A stretch of DNA of 64,000 nucleotides from Chrysomallon squamiferum (taxonomy: Eukaryota > Animalia > Mollusca), in the NCBI GenBank assembly GCA_012295275.1, contig CM022678.1, positions 8,556,001 to 8,620,000 of the forward strand, in the 5' to 3' direction. The notes beneath the pieces are model-generated. The model was not told the DNA's origin. It did not search any database and saw nothing but the letters and a program-made list of their open reading frames with translations. The translations under genes were made by a program, and so were the position numbers. Shown piece after piece: positions 15,201 through 28,000 of this stretch. Within the stretch, counting starts at the first letter, position 1. Every line of letters begins with the position of its first letter.

Positions 15201-18200
15201 CTGAAATTAACATCTGTATTTGTGTGTGTCTGTCTGTCTTTGGTTATGTTTTTATGTCTGTCTCTATGTATTTGTATTTATGGTTTGTGTATGTGTGAGA
15301 AAGAGAAAGACAGAGTGGAAGAAAGAAAATGTAAGGTGTGTGGGGGGACAAAGAATGAGGAGGGGATGTGTATGTATGTGTCTGTGTCTACATATATGTG
15401 TGTATGTCTGCATGCATGTATTTGAGTGTTCATGTGCATGCACAAGTGTGTGTTTCAGTAATATTTTAAAATAATATTTACAGAAAAGAAACATACAGGA
15501 TCAGACTGAGAGGTGTTAGATGACATTCCACTGCTCAGCACATTGTTCGCCGGCTCTGAAAATTAAACATTTGTTATTATACACCTACAACCATGTAACA
15601 AACAGAATAGGAGAACAAAAACTTGTCCAATTCCACCCCCACCCAAAACAAAATCAAAATATTACATTCATTAAGAAAAGATTACAAAATCCATGTGTTC
15701 TATTTAACTCTGGTTTCAGTCAGATATGCAAATTTTGACTCTGTCCTGTGAAAGGTGAAGTAACCTAAATTTCTTTTACTTCTGAGTGAGCAAAAATGAT
15801 TTTTTTTATTCTCTAGCATTTTTATGATCCATGAAATAGAACCAGACTGAAGGAAAAAAACTAATTTATTAAAATTTATTACTACAGATGAACCTGACAC
15901 TTTTCTTCTTCTTTTTATTACTACATTAACAAAATCAGCCCTAAAACAACCAGTAAATTAACCTTCTGTGTCAAGTAAAAATCATTTGGTCCATTATAAA
16001 TACTAAGTTTAATTATCAGACATAACCCAAACTTTCATGTAGCGGTTTGTAAAGTTTCAGCTCAGTCTTTTGAAAACAAGTTCAAAATGGTCATTTAAGA
16101 TTTAAATCAGCAATTAAAAACAAAAGAAGTAGCTTTGAACAATACGTGTGAATTTAAAATAATTTACCAAAGTAAAAATAGTTATTCCTCAATAGCTATA
16201 TATTTTGGTCAGTGCCACAAATTATAAAAACTGACTTAGTAGTAGTAATGTGTTGCCACTGTTTATAGTGATAGTGTGATGAATACTATATATATATAAA
16301 TATATTATCTTGTTATACAAAGGTGTGTGTGTTTAAATTGATTCTAGAATACATACCAGCCTCAACAACATTTGTGAATGTTTGAGAGATACTGAGAGGA
16401 ACTTCTGACTTCTCTTCAGCCTGTAAATAAATGTATCTAAATAAGTAAACTGACCAAATACAAACCATTTATAAAAACAATATTTCTAGAGTAGGATTTG
16501 AAATTTTTGAAAATTAATAGTCTGAATAAACAATTCTTTACAAATGTTTTTGTTATTTAAGGTTGACTTTAAAAATAAAATAAAATTTAACAAAATAAAA
16601 AATAAATAAATTATAAACATTTCAGTTATTAAAGACGTGAAAAAATGTATAAAAATATCATTTTACTAACACAATATTGTAACAATATTGTTTAATTAAT
16701 CCAGTGTTATAGCAATATTGTTTCATTAACCCAGTATTATAGCAATATTGTTTTATTAACCCAAAATAAGATTAATAAAAAAAATATTCAACTATACAAA
16801 TTCTTACAACATTTGCACTGGTCCCTGGCAAATCTGTTGGGCTTTCCGCAGTTCTAAGTTCTTGTCCTGTGTCTGTGGGCTCAGGCTGACCTGAAACGGC
16901 TCCCTCAGACTGAAACAACAACAACAGCAGGAACGATGTTAACAGCAACAACAAGAGCAACAACAGTAATAATAATAACAAAGAAAAAATAAAAATAAAA
17001 TAAGCTTTGAATGAAATTGAAACATGACAATGTTTCAGATGGAATTTGTTTTGAATTTTAATGTAAATACTTCTCCACTCTTTTCCAGTAAATGTGTTAA
17101 TTATTTGCATCTGAAATTAACATCTGTATTTGTGCGTGTCTGTCTGTTTGTCTTTGGTTATGTTTTTATGTCTGTCTCTATGTATTTGTATTTATGGTTT
17201 GTGTATGTGTGAGAAAGAGAAAGACAGAGTGGAAGAAAGAAAATGTAAGGTGTGTGGGGGACAAAGAGTGAGGAGGGGGATGTGTATGTATGTGTCTGTG
17301 TCTACATATATGTGTGTATGTCTGCATGCATGTATTTGAGTGTACATGTGCATGCACAAGTGTGTGTTTCAGTAATATTTTAAAATAATATTTACAGAAA
17401 CGAAACATACAGGATCAGACTGAGAGGTGTTAGATGACATTCCACTGGTCAGTACATTGTTCCCGGCTCTGAAAATTAAACATTTGTTATTATACACCTA
17501 CAACCATGTAACAAACAGAATTAGAGAAAAAAACTTGTCCAATTCCACCCCACAAAACAACATCAAAATATTACATTCATTAAGAAAAGATTACAAAATC
17601 CATGTGTTCTATTTAACTCTGGTTTCAGTCAGATGTGCAAATTTTGACTCTGTCCTGTGAAAGGTGAAGTAACCTAAATTTCTTTTACTTCCGAGTGAGC
17701 AAAAATGATTTTTTTTTATTCTCTAGCATTTTTATGATCCATGAAATAGAACCAGACTGAAGGAAAAAAACTAATTTATTAAAATGTATTACTACAGATG
17801 AACCTGACACTTTTCTTCTTCTTTTTATTACTACATTAACAAAATCAGCCCTAAAACAACCAGTAAATTAACCTTCTGTGTCAAGTAAAAATCATTTGGT
17901 CCATTATAAATACTAAGTTTAATTATCAGACATAACCCAAACTTTCATGTAGCGGTTTGTAAAGTTTCAGCTCAGTCTTTTGAAAACAAGTTCAAAATGG
18001 TCATTTAAGATTTAAATCAGCAATTAAAAACAAAAGAAGTAGCTTTGAACAATACGTGTGAATTTAAAATAATTTACCAAAGTAAAAATAGTTATTCCTC
18101 AATAGCTATATATTTTGGTCAGTGCCACAAATTATAAAAACTGACTTAGTAGTAATAATGTGTTGCCACTGTTTATAGTGATAGTGTGATGAATACTATA

Positions 18201-19639
18201 TATATATAAATATATTATCTGTTATACAAAGGTGTGTGTGTTTAAATTTATTCTAGAATACATACCAGCCTCAACAACATTTGTGAATGTTTGAGAGATA
18301 CTGAGAGGAACTTCTGACTTCTCTTCAGCCTGTAAATAAATGTATCTAAATAAGTAAACTGACCAAATACAAACCATTTATAAAAACAATATTTCTGGAG
18401 TAGGATTTGAAATTTTTGAAAATTAATAGTCTGAATAAACAATTCTTTACAAATGTTTTTGTTATTTAAGGTTGACTTTAAAAATAAAATAAAATTTAAC
18501 AAAATAAAAAATAAATAAATTATAAACATTTCAGTTATTAAAGACGTGAAAAAATGTATAAAAATATCATTTTACTAACACAATATTGTAACAATATTGT
18601 TTAATTAATCCAGTGTTATAGCAATATTGTTTCATTAACCCAGTATTATAGCAATATTGTTTTATTAACCCAAAATAAGATTAATAAAAAAAATATTCAA
18701 CTATACAAATTCTTACAACATTTGCACTGGTCCCTGGCAAATCTGTTGGGCTTTCCGCAGTTCTAAGTTCTTGTCCTGTGTCTGTGGGCTCAGGCTGACC
18801 TGAAACGGCTCCCTCAGACTGAAACAACAACAACAGCAGGAACGATGTTAACAGCAACAACAAGAGCAACAACAGTAATAATAATAACAAAGAAAAAATA
18901 AAAATAAAATAAGCTTTGAATGAAATTGAAACATGACAATGTTTCAGATGGAATTTGTTTTGAATTTTAATGTAAATACTTCTCCACTCTTTTCCAGTAA
19001 ATGTGTTAATTATTTGCATCTGAAATTAACATCTGTATTTGTGCGTGTCTGTCTGTTTGTCTTTGGTTATGTTTTTATGTCTGTCTCTATGTATTTGTAT
19101 TTATGGTTTGTGTATGTGTGAGAAAGAGAAAGACAGAGTGGAAGAAAGAAAATGTAAGGTGTGTGGGGGGACAAAGAGTGAGGAGGGGGATGTGTATGTA
19201 TGTGTCTGTGTCTAAATATATTGTGTATGTCTGCATGCATGTATTTGAGTGTACATGTGCATGCACAAGTGTGTGTTTCAGTAATATTTTAAAATAATAT
19301 TTACAGAAAAGAAACATACAGGATCAGACTGAGAGGTGTTAGATGACATTCCACTGCTCAGCACATTGTTCGCCGGCTCTGAAAATTAAACATTTGTTAT
19401 TATACACCTACAACCATGTAACAAACAGAATAGGAGAACAAAAACTTGTCCAATTCCACCCCCCAAAACAAAATCAAAATATTACATTCATTAAGAAAAG
19501 ATTACAAAATCCATGTGTTCTATTTAACTCTGGTTTCAGTCAGATATGCAAATTTTGACTCTGTCCTGTGAAAGGTGAAGTAACCTAAATTTCTTTTACT
19601 TCTGAGTGAGCAAAAATGATTTTTTTTATTCTCTAGCAT
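2326..19639 (-). CDS. Spliced gene: divergent NIK(MAP3K14)/COT(MAP3K8)-like Ser/Thr kinase with N-terminal 6x75-aa low-complexity repeat (about 830 aa if all cassettes are used)
   Basis: Hand-built GT-AG model with consistent phases. Start exon coding part 19639-19600 (MLENKKNHFCSLR, less certain). Six A/B/C cassettes (see repeat feature). 8081-7987 (AHSSREFLRKVVEMSKDIPFPSCKDQVPCESK); 7778-7644 (ITLENGEYKDGVQFEFTGKILGKGSEGVVRVAKDVASKIKHVVKT); 7311-7176 (VSVNNFHENEVICQFALNERNLGPLLLLLTRDGDKIHIHMEMIEH); 6734-6585 (ALTVDD...MMHRLGWTHGDIH); 5818-5634 (ARNVMLTSDMRVVVIDYGEANKK...KLHQ); 5283-5244; 4730-4675; 4219-4180; 3671-3622; 2934-2871; 2648-2603; 2422-2326 (stop TGA). All exons from 8799 to the stop are open and in phase. 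Cassettes 2 and 6 carry 1-bp indels. The family call is from my recall of NIK motifs (EYREEVHW, VKKVRLEVF, REGPWVNIFME, HGDVKADNVLLSSD), not a database search. Confidence 0.8.
3309..5446. repeat. Two-copy tandem duplication (about 1.06 kb unit) containing two kinase C-terminal exons
   Basis: About 3309-4362 and 4363-5446 are near-identical in the introns (twin junk ORFs at 3696 and 4757). Each copy carries a 40-bp exon plus a 50/56-bp exon, phase 0 to phase 0. Confidence 0.95.
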
Positions 19640-19904
19640 TTTTATGATCCATGAAATAGAACCAGACTGAAGGAAAAAAACAAATTTGCAAAAATGTATT
19701 ACTACAGATGAACCTGACACATTTCTTCTTCTTTTTTTTTTTTATTACATTAACAAAATCAGCCCTAAAACAACCAGTAAATTAAACTTCTATGTCAAGT
19801 AAAATCATTTGGTCCATTATAAATACTAAGTTTAATTATCAGACATAACCCAAACTTTCATGTAGTGGTTTGTAAAGTTTCAGCTCAGTCTTTTGAAAAC
19901 AAGT
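8461..19904. repeat. Six tandem copies of a ~1.91-kb unit, each with exons A (59 bp), B (102 bp), C (64 bp) and a copy of the start exon
   Basis: Unit starts (ttcaaaatggtcatttaag) at about 8461, 10373, 12259, 14170, 16081, 17991. A: 19378-19320, 17468-17411, 15555-15497, 13645-13587, 11732-11674, 9849-9792. B: 18818-18717, 16909-16808, 14998-14897, 13090-12989, 11200-11099, 9287-9185. C: 18329-18266, 16420-16357, 14508-14445, 12598-12535, 10711-10648, 8799-8736. Confidence 0.97.
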
Positions 19905-20848
19905 GTGAGACTTAATAATCTGTAGGTTCAATCCTTCTTAGTTAGCAATTTCATTTAATTCAGTAACTTTGTTGCTGTTGATGGTTGAAAGGTAATTTAG
20001 AAAAACAACAACACCAACTAACAAAATAACTTAACAACATTGTATATTTCAGTTTTGTTTTAATGATTTTGTGAAAATAAGATAAAGTTGATGAAATAAT
20101 TTATCATATATTTTTTTATATTGTGTATGAATCAAATATGATGTGTGTGTGTGTGTGTGTTAGAGAAAATTACTTGAGTACTTATTTTTAAAATTACATA
20201 TACAATGTAGAAATGTTACTATTTAATATGTAATGTCCATTTGTAACAAAACCAAATAAAGAAAGAAAAGAAAAAGAAACTGTCTGTATAAATTTAGTTT
20301 CACAAAACATAAATAATGTACAAATAATATGCAAGGAATATATGGTATGATTAATGATGATGCTACTCATTGTGAAAAAAAAATCCATTTTCAAATGTAA
20401 TTCATGCACAGATTTGATTTTTAAGAAATCTTACAATGTTATAATGAAGGCATATAGCAAATTAACACTAATTAATGCTACCAATTAACCGGCAAAAACA
20501 AAAAAAAATTAGCAGAATACTTGAGTATGTAAAGATCCCTGCAATTCATAAGTCTTGAAGTATGATGTTTTTGTACTTTTGTTTAATTTCTATGGATTTA
20601 GAGAATTACATAATTAGTGTACGTTAAATTTCAGCTGATTACTTTGACTAATTAATTAATTTAAATTCATGAGTTTTAGCAACTTGTTTAAAACTACAGT
20701 ACAGGTTTAGAGCTCTTAAAATGTTTCATTTTGATATATAATACAGTCGACTGAAGCTATATGAAATATTCAGTGTTTGTGCTGCAAAATGTCAGAAATG
20801 AAGCACACTTCGAAATTACGAAGCAAAAATGACACATATCTACCATAC

Positions 20849-20965
20849 CTATGTCACTACTTCCAGAAAATTGCAGTTCCGTTTCCGACTGTTCTTTCAG
20901 CTGTTTCCCTCACTAAAGTGAAGCTAGCAAACATTTCCAGTGAACTTTTAGAACCATTACGTCAA
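20849..20965 (-). promoter_or_regulatory. Putative promoter and non-coding leader exon of the kinase gene
   Basis: Good donor AG|GTATGG with the exon ending at 20849. The region is locally CpG-richer, with a tandem CGGAA (ETS-like) motif at about 20877-20887 and TGACGTAA (CRE/CEBP-like) at about 20956-20963. It is duplicated at about 57318-57434 (+). The TSS is not determinable from sequence. Confidence 0.45.
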
Positions 20966-21098
20966 AGAGTTATCAACTGGTTAATGAGACATGTTGTCAT
21001 TAGCAGTAACTGTATGATCAAGTGTTTGCTATTGTTTTTCCTTTTCAATTCCAACATAAATGTGTAATAACCAGTAGACATATCAAAAAAAAAAAAAA

Positions 21099-21131
<33 letters not shown>

Positions 21132-24100
21132 AAAAATGATTTATTTATTTATTGATGTATTTATTTATTTATATATTTATTTATTGTCACATGCATTGTC
21201 ATGCAAAAAAAAAAAAAAAAAAAAATAATAATAATAAGAAGAAGAAGAAGAAATAAAAAAATAAGAAAATAAATAAATAAGAAATGAAAAAGTTGTAAAA
21301 CTAAGGGTTTTTTTTTTTGCTAAACTTTATTTAGTCATCATTTCACTTTGCTTTAGTTTAATTTGTATTTCTTTTGAAAAATCCAAGCTTATCAAGTAAT
21401 TAATTATTCATCAAGGGACAAACATTTGTTTCAGAATGTGTTTGCTGTTCATAAATTTTGCTGCTTCCTGAAGAGAATCAGTTTTGTCTCAGATCATCAG
21501 CAGAAAAATTCAAATACAAATTAAATGAACTGTCACACTTGTGATTTGTTGAGAATATAATAAATTATGTGATATTTGTATTGTGTTATTTTTTTTCTAT
21601 TTACAATTATGAAGGCTTTGCTATACATTTTGTCACCCATATCAAGACACTTTGTAATAAAAGTAAATACTGTTTGTATTATTTTTTTTTCTAATACCTT
21701 GAACCTCAAAGGCCATTTGTGCAAATCATAGTTATGTCAATCTAGAATTCCATTTTATTATTCATTATTATTTATTTTTTTTTTTTAAAAGAAAAAAGAA
21801 AATAATAATAATAATAAAATATCTTATTCAGTGTATTCAATAATTTATTTAAATACACCATCTATCAGATTTAAGCAACATCGTTCTTAAGATTTTGTCT
21901 AAATTACAAATATCAATGTGATAATTAATACTAGGTACTAATATGGTTTAGGCCTCATACAGAGATTTATGTCACAACATTTAGTTCTGTCTGGAAAAAG
22001 AAGTTCAATATTGCCAATGACGACTTACAGGTGCACACTCTGGGAAAAAACCAATGCCCTTAAACCAAGTTTCTTGATGCACATGTCCATGCATTTTCTA
22101 AATGTGCTCTTATTATGGATTAGATGATATACAATTATTTATGTTATAGCATTTAAGTGTCTGTTAGTCACAACTGAAGTGGTTTATACAGTCCTTTATA
22201 GAAGCATCCCTAACAGTTAAGACCTTTGTTGTTAAATGTATTTTCAATAGCCAGACATAAGATTATGATACACTATTTGAAATAGGATTAACTTTAAACT
22301 TACGTGAATGGCTTTGATTCTTGAAATAGATTCTTATCATTAACAGACTTCTGCTGCCATCTACTTTTTATAACCAGTCTTGAAAAGGAACCACTGGGAT
22401 CTACAAATAAGACAAATTTGCTCATTATCAAAAATGATCAAAAATGAGGTAAATATATCTGATATATCTGGAAATAAAAAGATTAGAAATGGTGATTAAG
22501 AATATAGTAAACAGAAAGTATAAAACTGAGCTAGTGAACAATATGTCCGATGCGGAATGATACAAAACAAACACCATATTTCTAAAATAAATTGCATTAC
22601 ATATTTGGAATTTTAATTTTGCTACAGTTTTCAAACACGTATGCTTTTTTTAATAATAAAAGTGAGCATGTTTCATACCTTTAAAATTTAAACTTTTATT
22701 GAAACTGCGAACTATATGTTTGAAAGAACTGACGTGCGATAAATTATTCACTGGATTTATCGTTCACTGCTTTCACAGCAGCTGGAATTGTTCGCTGCCT
22801 TTATTTCAGTGTTTCCCTCCTGGTGTTTTCATTTGTCTTACAATGAATATCCACGGGGGGGATGTGTAATTTTCCACTGCACTCTCTTGTTTTATTTAAT
22901 ATAACATTTTTATATAATTTATCAATGCTATCAGAGATCTTTGTGTCATTTTGGTAGTAATTTTTTTGCTCTTTCTAATGATATATATAAGCGTAAAGTA
23001 CTTTGGTAAAATAACAAGAAATATACTCCACAATACGATTTTGTTATGTCAAAATGTATTAACAACGTATAAAATTTCCAAGACGTTTAATTTACGGGTA
23101 TTAGTAAAGTACAGTGGTACTTTTCTTATCTTGAGAGGACATGTTGCGCATAGGAATTTATTTTGGGATAGGTCAGTTCCACATGGTCTATTTTACCGTA
23201 TCCAAAGTATGGCGTATTATGAATTACATAGAATTAAACTGTTGCCCTATTTGCTATTATCTTTCTGGAATATAATTATTTACAAATTTCTTTTCTCACT
23301 ACCATTACACATTACTATTAATTACATTAACCAAGTTATTATAATGTACTTTCTTTTCTAAAATTAATTTAACAAAATAGAATGCTATATTATTTTTTAT
23401 CTTTTGTTTTCTGTATATGCATGATCTGTATCACAGTATTTCTTTTATATCCAAAAGCATTAAAACTTAATACAGATATAAATCACACTCTGTATTATTA
23501 TTATTATCCTTGTTTAAACATGTGTAACTGTCAGAAATTTTATTTTCTCATCTTTTAATTTTTTTATTTTGTTTTAATGTTTTATTCAGTCGACATGTTA
23601 TATCATTAATATTTATTTCTGTGTTGATTTCGGGTCAATTTAAGACTGCGATTGACTAATTGACATATTCAATATCATGAATATGTGATAACACTGATAT
23701 TGATATTCATATTGTGCACTTAAAAATCAATTAATTGAAATCTATTAGTTTACCTAATTGGAATCCTGGAATCTTTAATTAGTCCAATGTCAAAGTAAAA
23801 TGATCAATCCTGTGCAAAATATTTACAAACAAATCATAACAACTCCACCCGCCATGGAATGAACTTCCACGAACTTTCTAGACCGGATGGAGTTAACTGT
23901 AGTCTTGATAAACAAAACATAGAGTCTCGCTGACCCAGTATCGTAAAACTGATCGGGACTTTTCGGATCATTTCGGCCGAATAAACGGAGACATTCGAGT
24001 CCTCTGTGTATATTTTGCCTAGCAAAATAAATAAATTATGTAAATACACAACAGAATCCGTTTTCCTCAGAAAAAGGTCTGTTAGCAAAAATAATAATAA

Positions 24101-24249
24101 TAATTAAAAAAATAAATAAATAAAATAAAATAAAATATCTGTTTCATTTAAACCTTAATTTTTAACCCTGAGCAATTGTTTTGTTTTTCAGGTGGTGGTT
24201 TCGGGGGGGGGGGGTGCTTGTTTTTTAAGAATAAATATGACTGCTTTTT

Positions 24250-24303
<54 letters not shown>

Positions 24304-24954
24304 ACTTTATTTTATTTTATTTTAATAATTTATTTTATTATTTATTTATTTTTTTTTTTTTTAAATTATTATCGCAATTATTTATTTATTAATATTAATG
24401 TTATTTATAATTATTATGGTTATTTTTCTTAATTTCATTTTTAACTCAGAAATGAATAAATTATAATTGTCCTAATTTACCAAACCTGTGTTAATTGCAA
24501 ATAGTAAAATGCATACTTGAGATAATCTGACAGAGAAATACTTCTTTAAACACCAGAAGTTTTACTGTGGCTGCGACTATAGAAAGGAAATCACATTTTG
24601 GTCTGAAACCAGAATTAATTTCTACAAATTTTGTAATAAGTTTTGTAAGAATAAACAAATTAATAACTTCTTAAATACTAAATAAAATTAGGTTAAGGCC
24701 AGACCAGTCTCGATAAACCACGATGTTTCGAACATAAACGGATTCAAATGTGTGCTACGCTTTTCAAACCAGTATGAACTGATGTTTGACAGCCAGTTTA
24801 TTTTTATTTTTAATTCGGCAACGTGTTACTTGTTGATTATTCAATTTAATAGAATTTTGGAAATATTTCACGAGAATCAAAATGGATTGGGATGTTTCAT
24901 GTTTGTGCGAATCCAGGTGTGAATCGGATGCGGAAATAATCGCACTTTTCAGCC

Positions 24955-24996
24955 ATGGATCAAGGTAAACAAGATTGATTGTATTGTCAGAGAGAG

Positions 24997-25052
<56 letters not shown>

Positions 25053-28000
25053 GGCAATTTCATATGTAAATCAATTTATTATAACATTCACAAACGATAA
25101 TAAGTAGAGAAAAATGCATTTATCTGACAAATGTAGTTTGATAACAAAACTCATGTTCTTACAAAACATAATAAACATTATATTTACTGTTGGTATTGCT
25201 ATTTTTCGTAGGTCACTGCATAATGCATTATTATTCAGGTCTGTCAAGAAAGGAAATTTAGATCATGGAGTTCTAAGGATGAATCACCTGTTACAGAAAC
25301 CATTCTTTTGCAGACTGCACCGTTCTGATAGTAACTTTTTTATTTTATTTTTGTGTCTTAGAGAGTAAAATAAGTTTTGTAACTACTCTTTATTGATTAT
25401 AAAATAGTGTAATAAAAATCACTTATTTGCTATTGTTTTGTCATCAGTTTAATATTATAATAATTATGTTACATTATTTATTAATAACAAAGTATACTGA
25501 AGATATCCCACAGCCTACTTTGTCTGAATAATAAAGTTAAATTTAAATTTTCACAGAAGTATTAGTTATTTATTTATAACTGCTTAGTATTATTTTTATT
25601 ATAATGTTATTATTATTATTATTTTATTTATTTTTTCTTTCAGAATGTACATATAGCTCTAATCGATGTGCTGATGTTGGCATATGCCACTGAAGTGGTT
25701 TCAGTAGAATGTGCTGTTCCAACCATCAGGTATGCTGTTGTTTTTATTTATTTATTTATTTTACATTTATTATCTTGTTAAATATTAAAATTTGAAATTT
25801 TTTTTTTTTTTTTTTCTAGTAAATAGAGTTTGTTTGACTCAGTTAAAGTTAATTTACTTTCTTCATTTTATATTTTGAAAAAATATGGTAAATTCTAATG
25901 GTTTTTATTTCAGACAAGGGATATATATATGGTATATGTTGTATTTCTTTCTGTTTAGAAAACATGTCTCTTCATATTGCAGAAACAGGTTTTGTTTTTA
26001 TTAGCTGTATTATTTACATTTTAAAATAAAAAGAAGAAGTGAAAAATATGCTGTGTATGTTCTTAAATCAAATATTTCTTCTTTAAGTTTTGTCCTAGTT
26101 TAGCAGAATTAATTTTTTATCAATAATCAGGTTATAATGAAATATGTTTAAAAGATACTGATTTTTTTAATTCAGAATTTACATTTATATTTTGGCAAAC
26201 CTTTTTAGACTATTTTAAAAAATATTTATTTTTAATTATTACTCAGAATTTATGTGTTTATCAGTATGTCTGAATGCATGCATGCACAAATGAAATCCAA
26301 TAGCTGAAATATTTTTTTTGTCATCAAGATCAAACATTCATTTGTATCAATAAGTGGTCTTGATATACATAGATAATAGTAAATAATGTTCCTAATAAAA
26401 CAAATATAACTAAATTATCTTTGTTTAACTTTTTCAGAAAACAAATCATAAAGCGACAAATGTTGTTATCTAAACATCAGAACATGACACACTCAGACAG
26501 CAGAAGAGACAGACACTTTTCTCAAGAACTGGTATGAAAAACACACACTTTAACTTACCTGCTTGACTTAGATCCCTCCAGTGACAAGACAACAAATTTT
26601 GATGAAATTAAATGTCTGAAAGATACAACAATGTCCACTGTTTGCAGAAACATGCACAGCATCATACAACACAGCTACCACATGAATAGGATAAGTTTTA
26701 GATGAATCTGACTTGGGCTTTAACAGAGTGAGCAGTTTAATATTTCTCTTATAAAGTTGTGTGTATGTAAGAAACAGATTTTGCATACTGTCTGCAACAT
26801 TCATACAGATAGGGATTATAAATATGCTTACAGTTACATGCAAAATTCACTACACAAAATTTTCATAATAAAATGTGTATGTTAATGTAGATATTAAAAC
26901 AGAAATCCAGATCTTTTAATTAGGGAGATAGACATGTTTTTCTTCTGTTCCAGTTATAATGGTTTTTATTTCAGAGAAGGGATAGTTATTTTTTATTATT
27001 TTTTTTTTTACATGTTAATTTTTTGTAAAAGGTTACTCTTACAACTTTATGTTGATAAACATTTCAGACCAGTGAACAGGAAATGATGTCAAAGAAAGAC
27101 AGACTGGTGGAGAGACAAATAAAGAGAAAAGAAGAACAGGAAAGATGAAAACTGGAAAAAGAAATGGAATTAATGGAACAGAGAGAAAGAGAGAGGTAAA
27201 TGACAAATACAAAAAATTTGTTTAAATTACTTTCACACATTTTATGACAAGTATTAGTAAAATGCTTGATTATAGTTCATATTTAGCTCTTTTTTGCCAG
27301 CAAATACTGTCCAGTTATTTTATATATATATCTGTGTGTGTGTGTGTTGAATGTATTGTCCTTTGGGAAATCTGTATAATGGATTCCTTTACTGATCATA
27401 GTAAATGAAATGACATTTATTTGAATAGTATTACCTATATTTGAATAGTATATACAACATTGAGTAGACTTTTTTATTTTGTTAATGTGTACTTATGATG
27501 GATACACAAACAAAACAATCTAAAAGTGTTTAGTATATTTACAGTTAAAGAATTTCAGAATGCATAAAATGAAATCAGTTGAATCAGCATAAAAAACATT
27601 TAAAATAGTTGTTTTGAGAGAATATTGAAGGAAACTCCATTTGGCTAGACTGCACCTTTTCCCTTTTTAATTTGAATTAATTATCCACTGGTACATTTAC
27701 TCATTCATATTAGTACTTGTTAATTCCAGATTGCTTTCATTATCCATTTGTATATTTATTCATTCATAGCAATACTGTACTAATTGCAGGTTGAAACAGG
27801 AGGATGCAGAACAGAAGAAAGCAGAAGAGAGAGCGAGAAGAAAACAGATTTATGAACAGTACTTGCAGAAAAAACGACAGAAAGAAGCTATGGAAAACAG
27901 AGGAGAGCGACCCATAGAACTGAACAGAGCCTCAGACCGCACTGCCAAGTCAAAACCAAGACCGAAGTCTGTGTTTGTGAAGGCTACACCCTCTGATCAG

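Noticed and set aside
8718-19720. Repeated ORF-track entries (MFIIYLFF, MTMFQMEF, MFRFCKYY and others)
   Set aside because: Mostly intronic read-through recurring with the 1.91-kb unit; only the short spliced exons are credible.
22428-24088. ORFs at 22428, 22951 and 23834 that recur in the other arm
   Set aside because: Their conservation reflects the recent duplication; they have AT-rich junk composition, non-ATG starts and no recognisable domain.
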